Assembly (NCBI GenBank): GCA_052246995.1
Contig: JBQPWD010000003.1
Span: 64,001-128,000, forward strand
Source: Candidatus Bathyarchaeota archaeon
Lineage (GTDB): Archaea > Thermoproteota > Bathyarchaeia > Hecatellales > Hecatellaceae
DNA: 64,000 bases
Direction: 5' to 3'
The position numbers were made by a program, and so were the translations under genes. The notes under the pieces were generated by a model. It did not search any database. It was given only the letters and a program-made list of their open reading frames with translations, and was not told the origin of the DNA. Below are positions 59,207 to 64,000 of the stretch, in pieces (the first letter of the stretch is position 1; every line of letters begins with the position of its first letter).

Positions 59207-60325
59207 TCACTTGTGCAGTTGCTGTCCATTGTAGGTCATCAAGCGGATTGTTGCCTCATTATGTGTAATGATGCTTGACGGTAGTGGAACATAATATAAG
59301 TCGGGTGCATACTTTTGTCCATCATGTGTAGCCCACCATAGAAATTCTACTAGAGCCTTTGCAGTAGTCTCATCCATATTAGGCAGAACGTTTAACTCTT
59401 TGTATACTAGGATGTAAGAGAAACTCGTTATTGGGTAGGCGCCAATGGCCTTCGTGTTTTTGGATAAACTATCAACTATTGAAACTCTTGACCAGTCTGC
59501 ATCCCCCTTTGGTAGAGTGATTGCGGCATAATCTGCGGCTTTGGCAAATGAGGTAATGTTTGGTTCAACAAACTCGCCTGCAGCGTTTTGAACATACCCA
59601 TAGGTAAGGTTGTTCTTTTTTGCATAAGTAAACTCTACATATCCTATTGAGTACGGAGTTTGTTGGACGAGGGCGGCAACCCCGTCATTTCCCTTTGCTC
59701 CTAGACCCACAGGCCAGTTTACGGATGTACCTTTCCCAACGGTTACAGCCCACTCAGGGCTGATATTCGATAAGTAGCTAGTCCAGATAAATGTTGTTCC
59801 GCTTCCATCAGACCTGCGTATCACGATTATTTTCTGGTCTGGAAGGCTGATATCAGGATTTATTGCAACAATTTTCGGATCACTCCATTTTGTGATTTTT
59901 CCCAGATATATTTCTGCCAAAATTTCTCCCGTAAATTTTAGCCCTTTTGGTATGTCTGGGATGTTGTAGATTGGAACAACGCCGCCTATAGTAATCGGAA
60001 TGTGTAGAGTGTTTGGAGCTTTCGTAGCCTGAACTTCTGTGAGTGGTACATCACTGACTGCAAAATGCACAGTCTTCTCAATATGTTGCTGAATTCCGCC
60101 ACCGCTTCCTATTCCCTGGTAGTTAATTTGAATGTTAGGCTTAATTTTATGATACTCCGCAGCCCATTTATCAATTAGCGGAAATGGAAACGTCGCACCT
60201 ACACCATTCAACGTTAGTGTTTGCGTTGTTGATGTAAATTGGTAGACAAACGTGCAGGCTACAACTATTACAACCACCACTATCGGAATGGCAATTTTAT
60301 AGAGAGCTCTCATGGGGCTCACCAT
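59207..60325 (-). CDS. pstS: Phosphate-binding protein PstS
   Basis: N-terminal TM anchor, GATFP.P, YQGIGSGGG, RSDGSGTT, GNDGVA, YPI. Confidence 0.95.
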   Translation of the reverse strand: MVSPMRALYKIAIPIVVVVIVVACTFVYQFTSTTQTLTLNGVGATFPFPLIDKWAAEYHKIKPNIQINYQGIGSGGGIQQHIEKTVHFAVSDVPLTEVQATKAPNTLHIPITIGGVVPIYNIPDIPKGLKFTGEILAEIYLGKITKWSDPKIVAINPDISLPDQKIIVIRRSDGSGTTFIWTSYLSNISPEWAVTVGKGTSVNWPVGLGAKGNDGVAALVQQTPYSIGYVEFTYAKKNNLTYGYVQNAAGEFVEPNITSFAKAADYAAITLPKGDADWSRVSIVDSLSKNTKAIGAYPITSFSYILVYKELNVLPNMDETTAKALVEFLWWATHDGQKYAPDLYYVPLPSSIITHNEATIRLMTYNGQQLHK

Positions 60326-60768
60326 TTCTTAATTTTAGAATATGGGAAAAAATTCTATATACCTTTTCCAAATAGAATATATATTTGAAAATTGACTATA
60401 TAGTTAACAAAGAAAACAATAAAGATTCAACCCCGAAAATCATTTACATTTTTTCTCACCAAAACTGGGGCTTTAAGAGGAATTATAATATGTCCTTTTT
60501 AAAGTGTACGAAGAAAAATTCAGTTTTCGGTTATAAGCGGAAGAAGGTTAACAACTTAATGTTTTAGTTAACAAGGGTTTAAATCAGTTTAAAACTAAGT
60601 TGAATTTTTCATGTTTTTGATGGCTTGTGATGGCTTATAACGACTTTAAGCTTAGTTTCCTCTGTAGTGGTTTATATGCTATTATTATCTTTTAGATAGA
60701 TGAGCACGTAAGAGTTTGGTAGTTATGAGTGTAGCCAACTATTAAAAAGTTTAAAAATATTTTAGATA

Positions 60769-62070
60769 ATGGAGGATGGACAAGTGAATTTGGTAAAATT
60801 AACATGTACAGGATGCTCGCTTCTATGTGAGGATGTGAATGTTGTTTTTGATGGTAAAGGTAATGTGAAGAATGTTTTTGGTATGTGTAAGGTTGGGTTT
60901 GAGAGGTTTAAACATACCAGCTTGAATAGTAGGTTGACAAGTTCAGCTATCAGGGAGGAGGATAAATCTGTAAATATCTCGGTTGATGAGGCAGTTGAAA
61001 AGGTTGCTGAAATGCTTAAAGCCTCAAAAAAACCTTTACTTTATGGTTGGGGTTATTGTTCCTGTGAAACTGTAAAGCTTGGTATAGATATTGCAAGAAA
61101 GCTTAATGGTGTTTTTGATTCTCAAGCAAGCAAGGGATACTGGTATGCATATATGCAAGCTAAAAACTATGAAAGCGTTGACAATGTTCTTGAAAAAACT
61201 CTTGATTATGCCAACCATGTGGTGTTTTTGGGTTTTAATCCAGCTGAAACCCATCCTAGGCATGCTAGTAGATACTCTATTTTTCCTAGAGGGGCTGGAG
61301 TTGAGAAGGGGGTTGAGGGTAGAAGTATAACTGTCGTTGATAGTGAAACTACAAAAACCTCTAGGATAGCCCATAACAGGTTTATACTTGAAGCTGAGGA
61401 CCAGTTAAAACTTATTAAAGCTGTTGGTGGTAGGCTTAAAGGAGAAAAGCCCATAATAAACGTTCCAAACGTATCTGAGGTAAAACTTTTAGAGCTTGTT
61501 AAAGACTTTAAAAGCTCAAACTACGTTTCAATCTTTTATGGTTCAAGTTTTTTCGAGGGTGGAGATTACAGGTTAAAGGTTGATACAATCTACCAGCTTG
61601 TTGAAAAAATAAGGGATGTTAACGTTAAATGTACAGCTTTACCCATGCCAAAACCATACAACATGGTTGGTGCTGTTAAAACAACCTTAACGGAAACAGG
61701 TTATCCATGTGCGGTGGATTTTTCGGGTGATGGTGAAAAGTTTAACGTTGAAAAAAACTCTGTTTTAAACATGGTTGTTAATGGTGAGGTTGATTTAGCT
61801 TTAATTGTAGGCTCAAACATCTTTACAGAACTTTCAAGGCTTGCACGTAAAAGCTTTATGAAGATACCTCTTATCGTTCTAGATTTTGTTGAAAGTTTAA
61901 CCGTTAAAAACTCTGGAATTTACATAGCTCCAGCCATAACAGGTTTTGAAGCGGGTGGAACAGTTTACAGGGTTGATGAAAAAAGAATTCAACTTGCTCC
62001 CCCATTTAAACCACCAGAAAACATTTTATCCGATGAAGACTTTTTATCGCGGCTCTACAAAAAAATTTGA
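60769..62070 (+). CDS. fwdB: Formylmethanofuran dehydrogenase subunit B paralog with degenerate active site
   Basis: C.GC..LC.D...C..G Fe-S motif, PL.YGW, HPRH.SRY..FPRG, GYP.AVDF, G.E.GGT.YR.D; the CHG and RGH motifs are absent. Confidence 0.75.
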   Translation: MEDGQVNLVKLTCTGCSLLCEDVNVVFDGKGNVKNVFGMCKVGFERFKHTSLNSRLTSSAIREEDKSVNISVDEAVEKVAEMLKASKKPLLYGWGYCSCETVKLGIDIARKLNGVFDSQASKGYWYAYMQAKNYESVDNVLEKTLDYANHVVFLGFNPAETHPRHASRYSIFPRGAGVEKGVEGRSITVVDSETTKTSRIAHNRFILEAEDQLKLIKAVGGRLKGEKPIINVPNVSEVKLLELVKDFKSSNYVSIFYGSSFFEGGDYRLKVDTIYQLVEKIRDVNVKCTALPMPKPYNMVGAVKTTLTETGYPCAVDFSGDGEKFNVEKNSVLNMVVNGEVDLALIVGSNIFTELSRLARKSFMKIPLIVLDFVESLTVKNSGIYIAPAITGFEAGGTVYRVDEKRIQLAPPFKPPENILSDEDFLSRLYKKI

Positions 62071-62089
62071 AATTTACAGTCTTCTTTTT

Positions 62090-63073
62090 TCAAACCAACT
62101 TTACCCCTGAATACGGGTTGTTTATTTTTAGTTGCGGGTTTGCAGGTATTGCGCAGCATGCACCATAAAAGTTGACTTTATACCCTTCTTTTCTAGCATG
62201 GTTGTAAATATTTTTTGACGGTATGGCTATACCCGACACTCCAGCGTTAAAAGTTAAAACCTCAACTTTTTCCTTTATTATGCCCTTACCCTTGGCGCAT
62301 CCAAGAATTGTTGGAACCTCGGGTAACATTAACCTTGCAGCTGCAACTATCCTTGCAACATCTAAAGGATTAATCATAACATTTTGCATAAATGTTCCAG
62401 GTATTGGTGTTAAAGCTGTTACAACAACTATTGTAGGCTTAATTTTTGAAATCATTTTTAAGGCTTTAGCTTCACCTTTAATTTGACCAAAGTCTAAGCC
62501 TACACAAACATGTGGGGATATAATTTTAAATCCAGCCTCCTCGGCAGCTTTAAGGGTTTCTAGGTATTTGTTTGTGTCAACCTTAAAACCATAAACCCTT
62601 TTAACAGTTTCAGCTGAACCTACAACATCCAAAGCTACGCCATCAATTCCACAATCTACCAAGTACATAGCTTTTTCCAAGGTTAGGAAGCCCGTATGGG
62701 CTAAAATTGTTAAACCTGTTTCTTCCTTGATTTTTTTAATAGCTTTACCATACCTTTCAATAGGAACCGTAAAGTTTGGTAGGCAGCCTCCGCTAACCAG
62801 AAATCCTTTAACATTTTCATGCTTAAATTTTAAACATATTTTTAGAAGTTTTTCAGGTGTTTCAGCGTGAAGCATCATACTTAAAAGTTTACGTTGGCAA
62901 TGTAAACAGTTTAAAGAGCAGAAGTTTCCAGTTATTGATATTGCTGGGAAAAAACTTGATGTAATGTAGAAGTTTATCTTTTTACCAAAAAGCATATTCG
63001 CATCTTTCCTGATTTTAGAAAAAATGTTTTGAAGAGAGTCATCCTCACTACTAAAAACTTTTTCCAGCTGCAA
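62090..63073 (-). CDS. lipS1: Biotin-synthase-like radical SAM protein, LipS1-type lipoyl synthase component
   Basis: ISITG..C.LNC.HC, LVSGG, PH...G, LGCAK (GC(M/A)R-like), C-terminal CC; directly downstream of a lipoate ligase gene. Confidence 0.7.
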   Translation of the reverse strand: MQLEKVFSSEDDSLQNIFSKIRKDANMLFGKKINFYITSSFFPAISITGNFCSLNCLHCQRKLLSMMLHAETPEKLLKICLKFKHENVKGFLVSGGCLPNFTVPIERYGKAIKKIKEETGLTILAHTGFLTLEKAMYLVDCGIDGVALDVVGSAETVKRVYGFKVDTNKYLETLKAAEEAGFKIISPHVCVGLDFGQIKGEAKALKMISKIKPTIVVVTALTPIPGTFMQNVMINPLDVARIVAAARLMLPEVPTILGCAKGKGIIKEKVEVLTFNAGVSGIAIPSKNIYNHARKEGYKVNFYGACCAIPANPQLKINNPYSGVKLV

Positions 63074-63075
63074 CT

Positions 63076-63888
63076 TTAACTCTCCAACAAAAAGTTTTTA
63101 CTGATTTTTCCATGCTTTAAATCAAATTTATAAAGCCAAGTTTTTGACTGGTATTTTTGGTTAAGCTTTAAAGCTAAATTAAGCTCTTCAACTTTAAGAG
63201 TATCTTCAAAAAGTTGAATGTTTAATGTTTCTTCAAAACATGTTCGCAAAATTTTTTTAGCCTCCTCATACTCAACAGACCTCTTCAATTCTCTTTTAAT
63301 GCTGGTTAAACCATGCTCAGGATTTTTAGGATTTCCTGGAAGATTTTTTAAAGGATTTTTTAAAACCTTACACATGGTTTCATAGTCAAAATCAAGTAGA
63401 ATATCCCCGTTAACCATTATGAGATTTCCATTTTGAAATCCTGCATTACCTGAAATCTTTTTTCCGTTAGCTATTATTGCGTTAAGTTTTTCATCGTAGA
63501 ATGTATCTGTTAAACCTAACTTTTTAAGTGTTAAAACAATACTTTTAAGTAAAACTTTGTAGGCTTTTTCCATGGAAAACGGTATGTTTGAATGTTTAAC
63601 ATTAACTATAATTGAGTAGAGAAGCTGATTTAAATCGCAGTAAACAGTCCCTCCCCCAAGAATTCTTCTAACAATGCTAATTCCCCTACTTTTACATTCA
63701 TCAACATCAACCTCATCCAAAACATTTTGATGATATCCAACATATACACATGGAGGGTTAACTCTCCAAAAAAGTATAGTGTTTGGTACTTTACCATGTG
63801 AACAGAAAAAGCCTACTGCTTCAAAAATGGATGCGCTGGTAAAGCCGTCGATGGTTTTAAGGTCTATAAGACGCCACATACAACTCAT
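63076..63888 (-). CDS. lplA: Lipoate-protein ligase, catalytic (LplA N-terminal) domain
   Basis: WRLID, VG.HQ, RR..GGGTVY.D, NGKKISGNA, Y....W. Confidence 0.88.
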   Translation of the reverse strand: MSCMWRLIDLKTIDGFTSASIFEAVGFFCSHGKVPNTILFWRVNPPCVYVGYHQNVLDEVDVDECKSRGISIVRRILGGGTVYCDLNQLLYSIIVNVKHSNIPFSMEKAYKVLLKSIVLTLKKLGLTDTFYDEKLNAIIANGKKISGNAGFQNGNLIMVNGDILLDFDYETMCKVLKNPLKNLPGNPKNPEHGLTSIKRELKRSVEYEEAKKILRTCFEETLNIQLFEDTLKVEELNLALKLNQKYQSKTWLYKFDLKHGKISKNFLLES

Positions 63889-64000
63889 AACATTGTTTTA
63901 GTTAATAATTTCTTGCAAATATTTAAAATTGTTAAAAGTTTTCTCCAAAAAGACTTGAAAAGTTTATCGATAGGCTAAAATGTTTGATATGTAAGCTTTG

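Noticed and set aside
60385-60567. 60-aa ORF upstream of pstS
   Set aside because: TTG start in AT-rich promoter DNA with no recognisable motif
60618-60636. TGATGGCTT direct repeat, two copies
   Set aside because: Too short, with no spacer structure or matching D box; not a CRISPR array or a convincing sRNA
52719-62070. Selenocysteine recoding in hdrA, mvhD or fwdB
   Set aside because: The ORFs are uninterrupted; the relevant positions are Cys or substituted, with no in-frame TGA
1-64000. CRISPR arrays, transposases, integrases or att-site duplications of the two tRNA 3' ends
   Set aside because: None seen by eye; the repeats found lie inside paralogous coding sequences

Overview
AT-rich archaeal chromosomal segment, most consistent with Bathyarchaeia or another TACK lineage (inferred from the thermosome pair, eL38, an rps19 outside the S10 operon, archease, an intron-containing tRNA-Ser, and Hdr/Fwd genes). 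About 2.7-47.5 kb is dominated by anaerobic acyl-CoA catabolism. This includes a heteromeric acyl-CoA dehydrogenase pair, three ADP-forming acyl-CoA synthetase alpha subunits plus one beta, AMP-forming CoA ligases, crotonases, SCP2, UbiX, two F420-type LLM oxidoreductases, and a family III CoA-transferase/racemase-like protein. It also includes a four-gene 2-hydroxyacyl-CoA dehydratase/class I benzoyl-CoA reductase module, thiolase, 3-hydroxyacyl-CoA dehydrogenase, two large ThDP enzymes, two orphan radical SAM activase-like proteins and an HMG-CoA lyase-like enzyme. From 49-64 kb there is an hdrA-mvhD/fwdF/GNAT/hdrC/hdrB cluster, fwdG, a compositionally distinct pstSCAB-phoU block, a catalytically degenerate fwdB paralog, and lipoate assembly genes. 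Features missed by the ORF track are two tRNAs, a candidate C/D box sRNA, a PaaI thioesterase pseudogene, many exactly identical DNA tracts between divergent paralogs, and alternating G/T versus A/C codon-position patches. No CRISPR array or mobile element was seen. All calls are by-eye motif recognition without database searches.
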